A DNA stretch of 64,000 bases from Chloroflexota bacterium (lineage in GTDB: Bacteria > Chloroflexota > UBA11872 > VXNJ01), in the NCBI GenBank assembly GCA_965261345.1, contig OZ253449.1, forward strand, positions 2,112,001-2,176,000, read 5' to 3'. The notes under the pieces are model-generated. The model was not told where the DNA came from and made no database searches. It worked only from the letters and a program-made list of their open reading frames with translations. The position numbers and the translations under genes are program-made. This document shows positions 49,265-58,484 of this stretch, piece after piece (position 1 is the first letter of the stretch; every line of letters begins with the position of its first letter).

Positions 49265-50077
49265 ATGGCTGAAGGCAAATTTTCCGGAGCGGTGGCAGTA
49301 GTTACCGGCTCAACCCAGGGGGTGGGCGCCGAGGTCGCCCGGATGTTCGGGCGCGAGGGTTGCCGGGCAGTTGTTACCTGCGGGCGCAATGAGGCCAACG
49401 GCCGTGCGGTCGCCAATGAAATTTCCGGGTTCGGTTCGCAGGCCGAATTCATTGCCGCCGACCTGAGAGATCTGGCCAAGGTCCGCACCATCATTCCGGC
49501 CGCATTGAAGAAATTCGGGCGGGTTGACTACCTCGTCAACGCGGCGGCGATGTCTGACCGCGGGAACATTCTCGACACCAGTGAGGAGCTATACCAGTCA
49601 TCGCTTGAACTGAACTTGCGGGCGCCATTTTTCCTGATCCAGGATGCGGCCCGAGCGATGATCGAGCGCGGCGGCGGCGGCGCCATTGTCAACGTGCTAT
49701 CGGGGAATTCCTATGGCGGGGGATTGGAACTGGCGGCCTATTCCACCTCCAAGGGTGGCCTGTTGACCCTGACTAAGAACGCAGCCAATTTCCTAGTGGA
49801 GAATCGCATCCGTGTAAACGGGATCGCCCTGGGTTGGACCGACACTCCCAACGAGGATCGGATCCAGGTCAAATATCATGGGGCCGAATCCAACTGGCGT
49901 GAAACGGTCGAACCGCTGCTGCCCTTCGGGCGGATGCTAAAACCCTACGACGTTGCCAATACGGTGCGCTTCCTCTGTTCGGGCGACTCGGGCTTAATGA
50001 CCGGGGCGGTACTCGACCTGAGCTGGGACGTCGTCGGTACCCATGGCACCTCATTGGTCGAATCGCTGGAAGACTGA
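49265..50077 (+). CDS. Short-chain dehydrogenase/reductase, copy 1
   Basis: VTGSTQGVG, LVNAAA, YSTSK; start ATG 49265 after GGAG. Confidence 0.88.
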   Translation: MAEGKFSGAVAVVTGSTQGVGAEVARMFGREGCRAVVTCGRNEANGRAVANEISGFGSQAEFIAADLRDLAKVRTIIPAALKKFGRVDYLVNAAAMSDRGNILDTSEELYQSSLELNLRAPFFLIQDAARAMIERGGGGAIVNVLSGNSYGGGLELAAYSTSKGGLLTLTKNAANFLVENRIRVNGIALGWTDTPNEDRIQVKYHGAESNWRETVEPLLPFGRMLKPYDVANTVRFLCSGDSGLMTGAVLDLSWDVVGTHGTSLVESLED

Positions 50078-50487
50078 GCAACCCCAAAAGAGCTGGCGGA
50101 CAAACGCACTGGTCCCGCGCATAAGATCTCGGGGGTCACCGGCATGGGAATCGTCGTCCGAACAGCTATCCGGCAAATCGGACGGATCAATTAAGTGTCT
50201 TCCCCCCGTTGGATACGCCGGAACGGTCATCGACCGGGTGGTCCGACCGAACGGCAAGGGCCACCCGGTTTTGAAGTGAACATCCCGGTTCATGGCGCGG
50301 CGGCCAGGCACTTGCGGTACGCATGCACCAAGGCGCGGTCTCCTTGGGCCGGACCCGGTCGTTGGTGCTAAGGCCATCTACAAGATTGCCCGCACGCATC
50401 GTCTGCTGGCCGTTGGGGCGCCCAATTTTGCGCGCGCTCGGCCGGTAACTGAAACTTGAAACGAATCACGGTTGGAGTTGAGTATTA

Positions 50488-51300
50488 ATGGTTAAGAGCA
50501 AATTTTCCGGAGCGGTGGCGGTAGTTACCGGCTCAACTCAGGGGACGGGTGCCGAGGTCGCCCGGATGTTCGCGCGCGAGGGCGCCCGGGCGGTTGTTAT
50601 CTGCGGACGCAATTTGGCCAACGGGCAGGCGGTCGCCAGTGAGATTTCCAAGCTGGGTGCGCAAGCCGAATTCATTGTCGCCGACCTGACCGATCTGGCC
50701 AAGGTCCGCGCTATCATTCCGGCCGCCTTGGAAAAATTTGGCCGCGTCGACTACCTGGTAAACGTGGCCGGAATATCCGACCGCGGATCCATTCTCGAGA
50801 CCAGCGAGGAGCTCTACCGAGAAACTCTTGATCTGAATCTACGGGCGCCTTTTTTCTTAACTCAGGACGCGGCCCGGGCGATGATCGAGCGCGGCGGCGG
50901 CGGCGCGATCGTCAATGTGATCTCGGGCGCGGCCTACGGCGGCGGGGTGGTCTCGGCGGCTTATTCGGCGTCCAAGGGCGGCCTGTTGACTCTGACTAAG
51001 AACGCGGCCAATTTCCTGGTTGAGAATCGCATCCGCGTAAACGGGATCGCCCTGGGTTGGACCGACACTCCCAACGAGGATCGGATCCAGAAGCAATATC
51101 ACGGAGCCGGGCCCAAATGGCGTGAATCGATCGAGCCACGGCTGCCCTTCGGGCGGATGCTAAAGCCCTACGACATTGCCAATACGGTGCGCTATCTTTG
51201 CTCGGACGACTCGGGTCTGATGACCGGGGCGATACTCGATCTGAACTGGGAAGTCGTTGGTACCCATGGCACCTCGTTGGTCGAATCACTGGCAGAATGA
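50488..51300 (+). CDS. Short-chain dehydrogenase/reductase, copy 2 (tandem paralogue)
   Basis: VTGSTQGTG, LVNVAG, YSASK; colinear with copy 1. Confidence 0.88.
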   Translation: MVKSKFSGAVAVVTGSTQGTGAEVARMFAREGARAVVICGRNLANGQAVASEISKLGAQAEFIVADLTDLAKVRAIIPAALEKFGRVDYLVNVAGISDRGSILETSEELYRETLDLNLRAPFFLTQDAARAMIERGGGGAIVNVISGAAYGGGVVSAAYSASKGGLLTLTKNAANFLVENRIRVNGIALGWTDTPNEDRIQKQYHGAGPKWRESIEPRLPFGRMLKPYDIANTVRYLCSDDSGLMTGAILDLNWEVVGTHGTSLVESLAE

Positions 51301-51330
51301 ACTATCTCAAAATAGCGAACGGACGGGCAC

Positions 51331-52104
51331 ATGGGGCTGCTAGATAAGTTTTCGCTGGCCGGCAAAGTCGCGCTGGTAACCGGTGGCGGGACCGGCATTG
51401 GGCGGGCGGTTGCCCGCGGATTGGCCGAGGCCGGGGCCGACATTGCCCTGGCCGGTCGCACGCCGGCGACCCTGGAGGAGAGCGCTTCGGCTATCGAAGC
51501 GCTGGGCCGCTCGGTGCTTACGGTCGAGTGCGACGTCACCGACGCGGCATCGGTCAATTTGATGGTCGAATCGGTCACTGAGCGGTTCGGGCAACTGGAC
51601 GTGGCCTTCAACAACGCCGGCGCGTTCGGTTGGATTTCCGGCTACGACGTGCCGGAGGCCGACTGGGACCGGATCGTCGATACCAACCTGAAGGGAGTTT
51701 TCCTGTGCATGCAGGCCGAGGCGCGCTGGATGCGGCTGCACGGTGGGGGTAAGATCATCAACAACGCCTCGATGTCGGGTTCGATCGCCAACCACCCGCA
51801 GCGCCAATCGACCTACAACGCCTCAAAGGCCGGTTGCATCCACCTGACCAAATCGCTGGCGGCCGAATGGATTTCCGACGGAATCTACTGCAACTGCATC
51901 TCGCCCGGTTACATCCTCACCGATCGCGCGGCCGAGAACGCCGATGCCAAAGCGGTGCGCGAATATTGGCATCAGATTACGCCAATTGGACGATCGGGCC
52001 AAATGGATGAAATGGCCGGCGCGGTCCTCTTCCTGGCCAGCCCGGCGTCGGACTTCGTGGTGGGCCTGGATTTGATCGCTGACGGCGGTTACAGCCTGTG
52101 GTAG
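51331..52104 (+). CDS. SDR, polyol/ketose reductase-like
   Basis: VTGGGTGIG, FNNAG, ASMSGSIANHPQRQSTYNASK, ISPGY, DGGYSLW. Confidence 0.82.
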   Translation: MGLLDKFSLAGKVALVTGGGTGIGRAVARGLAEAGADIALAGRTPATLEESASAIEALGRSVLTVECDVTDAASVNLMVESVTERFGQLDVAFNNAGAFGWISGYDVPEADWDRIVDTNLKGVFLCMQAEARWMRLHGGGKIINNASMSGSIANHPQRQSTYNASKAGCIHLTKSLAAEWISDGIYCNCISPGYILTDRAAENADAKAVREYWHQITPIGRSGQMDEMAGAVLFLASPASDFVVGLDLIADGGYSLW

Positions 52105-52251
52105 GCAGACCGGACTGGTCGGGATTGGGTGCTAGAATTTGCCCGATTGGCGCGGCGTAAAAGTCGCGCTTTTTTTGGACCGCAAAAGAGCAGGTTGCGT
52201 CGGGCAATATACGGCCGCAGCATCCGGCAATGCCTAGGCTGGGACGAATAG

Positions 52252-52485
52252 TTGGCCGCCAGACGAAGAACCACCCGCCGTACGGCGCGCAGTCAGAATG
52301 CAACTCCGGCCGCGTTCGCCCGTGAAACGGTGACTGAACTGCGGCGCGCCCATTGGCCGACCCGCGACGAGACGGTTCGCCTCACCGTTATCGTGCTCGG
52401 CGTGGTGATCGCCCTGGCCGTATTCCTGGGTTTCTTTGACTACGGTCTCTCAAAGCTTTCCGACCTAATTTTTATACAGGCTTAA
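52252..52485 (+). CDS. secE: Preprotein translocase subunit SecE
   Basis: ETVTELRRAHWPTR followed by one TM helix; upstream of nusG. Confidence 0.92.
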   Translation: MAARRRTTRRTARSQNATPAAFARETVTELRRAHWPTRDETVRLTVIVLGVVIALAVFLGFFDYGLSKLSDLIFIQA

Positions 52486-52488
52486 CTG

Positions 52489-53052
52489 ATGACTACCGAA
52501 ACCGGTCAACAGGGTGAATGGTACGTCGTCCAAACCTATTCCGGGTACGAGAATCGTTTTCGCGAAAATCTGCTCTCGCGGATACGGTCAATGGATGCCC
52601 AGGATGCGATTTTCGAGATCGTGATCCCGGAGAAAGACGTCGAGGAAGTTCGCAACGGCGAGCGCCAGACGGTCAAGCGCAAGATGTTCCAAGGTTACGT
52701 CCTGGTTCGCATGGACTACAACACGACCTCGGGCACGATCGTGCGCAATACTCCCGGCGTGGTCAACTTCGTCGGTGGCAGCCAGCGGGCGATGCCATTG
52801 CCCAAAGTTGAAGTGGAGCGGATATTCGAACAGATCCACGGCAAGGCGCCGCGCACCCAGGTGACTATGGCGGTGGGTGACACCGTCAAGATCGTCGATG
52901 GTCCGTTTACCGAATTCCTCGGCACCGTCGACGAGGTCAGCGTCGAGCGTGGACGGGTCCGCGTGATGGTCTCGTTCTTTGGACGCGACACCCCGGTCGA
53001 ACTCGATTTTCTGCAGGTCGAACGAGTCCGTTCGGGTGCGGCCGCCGGTTAG
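52489..53052 (+). CDS. nusG: Transcription antitermination protein NusG
   Basis: WYVVQTYSGYE, GYVLV, VRNTPGV, KOW motif GDTVKIVDGPF, FGRDTPVELDF. Confidence 0.97.
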   Translation: MTTETGQQGEWYVVQTYSGYENRFRENLLSRIRSMDAQDAIFEIVIPEKDVEEVRNGERQTVKRKMFQGYVLVRMDYNTTSGTIVRNTPGVVNFVGGSQRAMPLPKVEVERIFEQIHGKAPRTQVTMAVGDTVKIVDGPFTEFLGTVDEVSVERGRVRVMVSFFGRDTPVELDFLQVERVRSGAAAG

Positions 53053-53127
53053 TCGGCAACGCCCACCGCCTTTTGCTTACCTGACAACCTGACCACCGAA
53101 ATAATTACGAGTTTTTAGGAATATTTC

Positions 53128-53550
53128 TTGGCCCAGAAAGTGATCGCCGTAGTAAAGATGAAGCTCAACGCCGGGCAGGCCACAGTGGCCCCGCCGGTGG
53201 GGCCTTCGCTTGGACAGCACGGCGTCAACAGCGTTCAATTTGTCAAGGACTATAACGAGCGGACCCGCGATCAGAGCGGCAATATCATCCCGTGCGTGGT
53301 GACGGTATTTTCGGATCGCTCCTACTCTTTTATCACCAAGACTCCGCCGGCCAGCGACCTGCTGCGCAAGGCTGCTGGAGTCGAGTCCGGCGCCAATAAT
53401 CCCAGCCAGGAGGTCGTCGGCTCCATTACCGCCGAGCAGCTGGAAGAAATCGCCCGCATCAAGCTGCCAGATCTCAACACCAGCGACGTTGGGCAGGCCG
53501 CGAAAATTGTCGCCGGGACCGCCCGCAGCATGGGCATTCAAACGCCTTAA
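53128..53550 (+). CDS. rplK: 50S ribosomal protein L11
   Basis: APPVGPSLGQHG, KTPPAS, GTARSMG; TTG start after AGGA. Confidence 0.97.
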   Translation: MAQKVIAVVKMKLNAGQATVAPPVGPSLGQHGVNSVQFVKDYNERTRDQSGNIIPCVVTVFSDRSYSFITKTPPASDLLRKAAGVESGANNPSQEVVGSITAEQLEEIARIKLPDLNTSDVGQAAKIVAGTARSMGIQTP

Positions 53551-53624
53551 TCCGGCCGGGATGCGACCTGCTGATACTTGGCATACCGTTTACAAAACAA
53601 CACAAATAAGGGTTGAACCAAAAA

Positions 53625-54338
53625 GTGCCCAAACACGGCAAGAAATTTCTGGCGGCCATCGAACTGGTCGAAACCGGCAAGGACTACGAGATCGATGAAG
53701 CGGTCGAATTGGCCCGTGCTGCCGATTTGACCAAATTCGATGCGACCGTGGAGCTGCATTCCAAGCTGGGGGTCGACACCCGTCACCAGGACCAGCAGGT
53801 CCGTGGCACCGTCGTACTCCCGCACGGGACCGGGCGCACTCGGCGGGTAATCGCCTTCGCCGCCGGCGATGCGGCGGCCGAGGCCCAGGCGGCCGGGGCC
53901 GAATATGTCGGCGCCGCCGACCTGGTCGAAAAGATTCGCGGCGGTTGGCTTGATTTTGATGCCGCGGTGGCCACCCCCGACATGATGCGTCTCGTCGGTC
54001 CGCTGGGTCGAATCCTGGGTCCGCGCGGCCTCATGCCCAATGCCCGGGCCGGCACCGTGAGTCCCCGGATCGGTGAAGTCGTCGAAGCTATCAGAGGTGG
54101 CCAGGTCGAATATCGCGCCGATCAGAGTGGCAACATCCACTTTGCGATCGGCAAGGTCTCGTTCGATGCCGAGCGGCTCAAGCAGAATCTATACACCGCC
54201 CTGAATGCGGTGGTAAACGCCCGCCCATCGGGCGCCCGCGGCACCTATGTGCGGTCTATTACCCTGTCCACTTCAATGGGGCCGGGGATACCACTTGACG
54301 TGGCCGGCGCAATTAACGAAGCTCGCTCGGTCGCTTAA
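53625..54338 (+). CDS. rplA: 50S ribosomal protein L1
   Basis: KFDATVE, DQQVRGTVVLPHGTG, LGPRGLMPN, STSMGPG; GTG start 53625. Confidence 0.97.
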   Translation: MPKHGKKFLAAIELVETGKDYEIDEAVELARAADLTKFDATVELHSKLGVDTRHQDQQVRGTVVLPHGTGRTRRVIAFAAGDAAAEAQAAGAEYVGAADLVEKIRGGWLDFDAAVATPDMMRLVGPLGRILGPRGLMPNARAGTVSPRIGEVVEAIRGGQVEYRADQSGNIHFAIGKVSFDAERLKQNLYTALNAVVNARPSGARGTYVRSITLSTSMGPGIPLDVAGAINEARSVA

Positions 54339-54370
54339 ACTTTTTCGAGTAACCACCATTCTTAATATGA

Positions 54371-54532
54371 GCCCCAGACGGCCGGTGCCAGCGATTGGCT
54401 AATTCCCCGCTTATTGCGCGGGAGCCCGCCCAGGCGAAATACTGGCTGTTAACGGCCTCAAACAGCGCCCCAGCGGCATTGTCGGAGCCGCGCCGGGGCA
54501 GATTTGAGCCTGGCGCGGTTTTATTTATTTTT
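54371..54532 (+). promoter_or_regulatory. L10 leader (rplJ-rplL autoregulatory RNA) with downstream hairpin and U-rich tract
   Basis: CCCAGACGGCCGGTGCC...TAAT...CCCGCCCAGG resembles the L10 leader core; hairpin about 54486-54520 followed by TTATTTATTTTT; lies directly before rplJ. Confidence 0.7.
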
Positions 54533-54560
54533 CGACCGATTGATGGTCAAAGGAGACGAA

Positions 54561-55085
54561 TTGGCAACCAGGGCTGAAAAGATGGCCCGCGTTCAAGAGC
54601 TGGAAGCCCTTTTGGCGGCGTCGCCATCCTGGCTGGTTAGCTACTACCGCGGACTCTCGGTGCCGGCGATCGCCGAATTGCGCCGGGAATTGGCTGAAGT
54701 CGGCGCGCACTTTTACGTGGCCAAAAACACTCTCGTCCGCATCGCCGCGGCCAATCAGGGTTTGGGTGACCTTAGCGAACTGTTCGACGGCCCGATCGGA
54801 ATCACCGTTTGTGGCGCTGATCCCTCCGGGGCAGCCAAGATTTTGGCCAAATATGCAGTCCGGAACGAGGCTTACGCGCTGCGCGGCGGAAGGGTGGATG
54901 GCGAAATGATCGACCTTCCCTTGTTCCAGCGGCTGGCGGCAATCCCTTCGTTGGAACAGCTGACCGCCGAAGCCGTATTCGGCATCGCCGCGCCGCTCAC
55001 CGGGCTGGTCTACTCACTCTCTGGAATCTTGTCCGGGCTGGTAACGGCGCTGGACCAGATCCGCGAACAACGGGCCGAGGCATGA
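54561..55085 (+). CDS. rplJ: 50S ribosomal protein L10
   Basis: YRGLSV, VAKNTL, FDGP, LAAIPS; TTG 54561 after AAAGGAG. Confidence 0.95.
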   Translation: MATRAEKMARVQELEALLAASPSWLVSYYRGLSVPAIAELRRELAEVGAHFYVAKNTLVRIAAANQGLGDLSELFDGPIGITVCGADPSGAAKILAKYAVRNEAYALRGGRVDGEMIDLPLFQRLAAIPSLEQLTAEAVFGIAAPLTGLVYSLSGILSGLVTALDQIREQRAEA

Positions 55086-55145
55086 GCGCCAACCGCCCGA
55101 CAAACATTCCATCCATCGCAATTTTTCTTTTAGGAGATGCAACAC

Positions 55146-55532
55146 ATGGCTACTAGCAAAACCTCCGTATCCGACCTCATTGGCGCAATCGAGGCATTGA
55201 CCGTACTGGAACTGGCCGACCTGGTCGATCAGCTCAAGGAAAAATTCGGCGTTTCGGCGATGGCCGCGATGCCAATGGCGGCGGCCCCGGCCGCCAACGG
55301 CGAGGCGCAGGAGGCCGAGCAGACTGAATTCGACGTCGTCTTGGCCGAAATTGGGCCCAACAAGATTCCGGTAATTAAGGTTGTCCGCCAGATCACCGGG
55401 CTGGGTCTGAAGGAATCGAAGGCCATCGTTGACCAGGCGCCGAACGCGGTCAAGGAGGCGGTATCACGCGACGAGGCCGATGAGATTGCCAAGCAGCTTG
55501 AGGCTGAAGGCGCAACCGTCGAGATCAAGTAG
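55146..55532 (+). CDS. rplL: 50S ribosomal protein L7/L12
   Basis: [38 protein letters not shown]. Confidence 0.97.
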   Translation: MATSKTSVSDLIGAIEALTVLELADLVDQLKEKFGVSAMAAMPMAAAPAANGEAQEAEQTEFDVVLAEIGPNKIPVIKVVRQITGLGLKESKAIVDQAPNAVKEAVSRDEADEIAKQLEAEGATVEIK

Positions 55533-55538
55533 GTAAGA

Positions 55539-55576
55539 ACGGCCACGGGGCCGATTCTGGCCCCGTGGCCGTGTTT
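55539..55576 (+). terminator. Terminator hairpin between convergent rplL and cysK
   Basis: ACGGCCACGGGGCC / GGCCCCGTGGCCGT 14-bp stem. Confidence 0.7.
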
Positions 55577-55661
55577 GAACGGGAATCGCCAATTTCGTTA
55601 GCACGCGATTGAGTGCTGCGGATTATGTCGGTCCGGCCGGTTGGCGCGGCCTGCGGTAAAC

Positions 55662-56648
55662 CTAAACCGGCTTTAACAATTCGGCATTGTAGATAACCGA
55701 TTCGAACCCGGGGTGCGAGAGATAGCGCTCGCCGGTGTCGCAGAGCACGCAAACAATTAATTTGCCGCGATTCTCCAGGCGCTGGCCGACGGCCAGCGCC
55801 GCCGCCACCGAGGCGCCCGACGAAATTCCAACGAATATCCCATCGCTGGCGCAGAGCTTGCGCGCCATCTGCTCGGCCGCTTCGTCCTCAATCTGGATTA
55901 TCTCGTCGATAAGCTCTACTTCGAAGATCTTTGGAATAAAACCGGCCCCGATTCCCTGTATTCGGTGCGGTCCGGGCGGCCCGCCCGAAATCACCGCCGA
56001 ACGCGTCGGTTCGACTCCGATCACCTGGAGCGTGGGCTTGCGTGGCTTCAAGGCCCGCGCGCATCCGGTGGCCGTCCCGCCGGTGCCGACCGGCGAGACG
56101 ATGATGTCGACCTCGCCTTCGGTATCGCGCCAGATTTCTTCAGCGGTAGTGCGGAAATGGACATCGGGGTTGGCCGGGTTCTCAAATTGCTGCGGAATCC
56201 AACCATCGGGGATTGAATCCCGCAGGCGCACTGCCTGATCGATGGCTCCCTGCATTCCGCCGGCCGCAGACGTGAGCACCAGCTCGGCGCCGAACAGCAA
56301 CAGAGCCTGCCGCCGCTCCATGCTCATCGTCTCGGGCATGGTGATGACGCAGCGATATCCCTTGGCCGCGCAGGCCATGGCCAGAGCAATGCCGGTATTG
56401 CCGGAAGTGGGCTCGATGATCACCGTGCGGCCCGGTGTGATCTCTCCTTCCGCCTCGGCCGCCTCGAGCATTGCTAGCCCGGTCCGGTCCTTGACGCTCC
56501 CACCCGGATTGGCGGCCTCCAATTTGCCGGCGATCAATGCGCCCGACTCAGCCACCGAATTATTTATCCGCACCAGCGGGGTATTGCCGATTAGGTCGAT
56601 TACGCTGGACCCGATCTTCTCAAGCGCGCGGCCACGGATTTCTACCAT
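55662..56648 (-). CDS. cysK: Cysteine synthase A
   Basis: IGNTPLV, KLEAANPGGSVKDR, EPTSGNTG, QFENPAN, GTGGT, HRIQGIGAGF, DTGERYLS. Confidence 0.95.
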   Translation of the reverse strand: MVEIRGRALEKIGSSVIDLIGNTPLVRINNSVAESGALIAGKLEAANPGGSVKDRTGLAMLEAAEAEGEITPGRTVIIEPTSGNTGIALAMACAAKGYRCVITMPETMSMERRQALLLFGAELVLTSAAGGMQGAIDQAVRLRDSIPDGWIPQQFENPANPDVHFRTTAEEIWRDTEGEVDIIVSPVGTGGTATGCARALKPRKPTLQVIGVEPTRSAVISGGPPGPHRIQGIGAGFIPKIFEVELIDEIIQIEDEAAEQMARKLCASDGIFVGISSGASVAAALAVGQRLENRGKLIVCVLCDTGERYLSHPGFESVIYNAELLKPV

Positions 56649-56743
56649 CGATTGATTCCATTTCGTGCAGGCAGGTATGACTTAATTGGACGGCTCCCCA
56701 ACTTGATTGCGACCCAAAGCAAAAGTATGCGCAAGTATTCCCG

Positions 56744-57547
56744 ATGAGATCGACGTCTTTGAGAAAAACTCCTCGTGCGCAGTGGCTGCGGATCGCCGGT
56801 ATCGGCCTCGGCGGCGGCATGTTCTCGGGCCTGGCTGGGATTGGTGGCGGCACATTCATGGTCCCGCTCATGGTATCGCTGCTTTCGGTTAGCCAGGTGG
56901 TGGCCCATGGGACTTCGCTGGCGATCGTGATCTTTACCGCGCTGGCCAGTCTGATCGGTTACAGCATTTCGATCGAGATCGATTGGTTGCTAGTCGTCTT
57001 TGCCACCGTCCCCTCGATCGCCACCGCCCCGCTTGGGGCAAAAGCTGCCGATTCGATGCCCGAACTCGGGTTGCGCCGAGTATTTGCGGGTTTCCTTTTG
57101 ATTGCCGCCCTGCTGCTGCTGCTGGCCGATCCCGAGCAACTGCTGCCGATCGCCGGGAGCGGCCGAGTCGTAGCCGCGGTCTTGGTCGGATTGGTGGCGG
57201 GGTTCGTCAGCGGTCTGCTGGGAGTGGGCGGCGGGATATTCGTCGTCCCGGCAGCGGTGTTTTTTCTCTCCTTTACGCAGCGAGACGCCCAGGCGTTCGC
57301 CCTGGCGATGATGATCCCCACCTCGATTGCCGGGGTGATCGCCCATACCCGGCTGGGCAACGTCGTCTGGCGCTGGGCGATCGCGATCGCCATCTTTTCA
57401 GTTCCCACCGGGTTGATCTTTGGGACGCTGGCCGGAGGGGCGATCGACCAGGCCATACTGCGCTACGTGTTTGTCGGCCTGCTCATCTATTTCTCGCTTC
57501 GCATGTTCGGAACGGTTGGCTACCTGGCTGCCAAGCTGGGCCGCTAG
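56744..57547 (+). CDS. TauE/SafE family sulfite exporter / anion permease
   Basis: Duplicated GL.G.GGG..VP motifs, AHGTSL; divergent from cysK. Confidence 0.85.
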   Translation: MRSTSLRKTPRAQWLRIAGIGLGGGMFSGLAGIGGGTFMVPLMVSLLSVSQVVAHGTSLAIVIFTALASLIGYSISIEIDWLLVVFATVPSIATAPLGAKAADSMPELGLRRVFAGFLLIAALLLLLADPEQLLPIAGSGRVVAAVLVGLVAGFVSGLLGVGGGIFVVPAAVFFLSFTQRDAQAFALAMMIPTSIAGVIAHTRLGNVVWRWAIAIAIFSVPTGLIFGTLAGGAIDQAILRYVFVGLLIYFSLRMFGTVGYLAAKLGR

Positions 57548-57623
57548 CAGCCAGGGGTGCGAACCTGATGAACAGGTGATAATTGCCACTGGCGCTGCTG
57601 ACCCTCAAGCCCGGTCTCAATAG

Positions 57624-58484
57624 ATGATCTACCACCACACCGCCCATCTGGCCGAGTCGCTGCAGACCAACGTTTGGAACATTGATCCAACTGCCGCCGC
57701 CGGACTGATCATCCTCGCATTCGGCTATACGTACATGCTTGGACCGGTCCGCGCAAAATTCGCCCTGGGCCCGGATCCCGAATGGTGGCGCGCCCCGGCC
57801 TTTGGCCTGGGTCTGGTCTCATTTGGCCTGGCAATCTTCTCGCCGATCGACTATATCGGCGAGCACTACCTCTTTTCGGCCCACATGGTCCAACACTTGG
57901 TGATGTTCTTTATCACCCCGGTCGGACTTTTGCTGGGCACACCGGGCTGGATGATCGCGCTGTTGTTTCGCCCGCCCGGAGTTTTGCGCATCGTCCGGGT
58001 GCTGACCAATCCGGTGGTGGCGATCGGCGTATCGCAGGGGGTAGTGGCTCTCTGGCACGTCCCGACCTTCTACGAGGCTGCCCTGACCAACCCGTTTCTG
58101 CACGAACTAGAACACGGGTCCTACGTGGCGGTTTCACTGATGATGTGGTGGCCGATTCTTTCGCAGTCTGAGCAGCTGCCGCGCCTGGCGCCGGTCTACC
58201 AGATTTTTTATCTTTTCGTGCTGCCGGTTCCGCAATCGATTTTTGGGGCGATCCTGACCTTTTCGCAGGAGCCGGTGTACCAGGTTTACGCCGACGCGCC
58301 GCGGGTGTTTCCGATCAGCGCCGCCGACGATCAGCAATTGGGCGGCCTGCTGATGTGGACCCCGGGCAAGGTGCTTTTCTGGATCACCCTGGCGATCGTA
58401 TTCTTCCGCTGGTTCTCCCAGGAACGTCGCGACGCCAACCTGGCGCTGCGCAATCAGATTGAGCAGCGCCCCAGCTTAAATTAA
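57624..58484 (+). CDS. ctaG: Cytochrome c oxidase assembly protein, caa3-type CtaG
   Basis: LFSAHMVQH, LWHVP..YEAAL, HELEH, DQQLGGLLMW. Confidence 0.85.
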   Translation: MIYHHTAHLAESLQTNVWNIDPTAAAGLIILAFGYTYMLGPVRAKFALGPDPEWWRAPAFGLGLVSFGLAIFSPIDYIGEHYLFSAHMVQHLVMFFITPVGLLLGTPGWMIALLFRPPGVLRIVRVLTNPVVAIGVSQGVVALWHVPTFYEAALTNPFLHELEHGSYVAVSLMMWWPILSQSEQLPRLAPVYQIFYLFVLPVPQSIFGAILTFSQEPVYQVYADAPRVFPISAADDQQLGGLLMWTPGKVLFWITLAIVFFRWFSQERRDANLALRNQIEQRPSLN

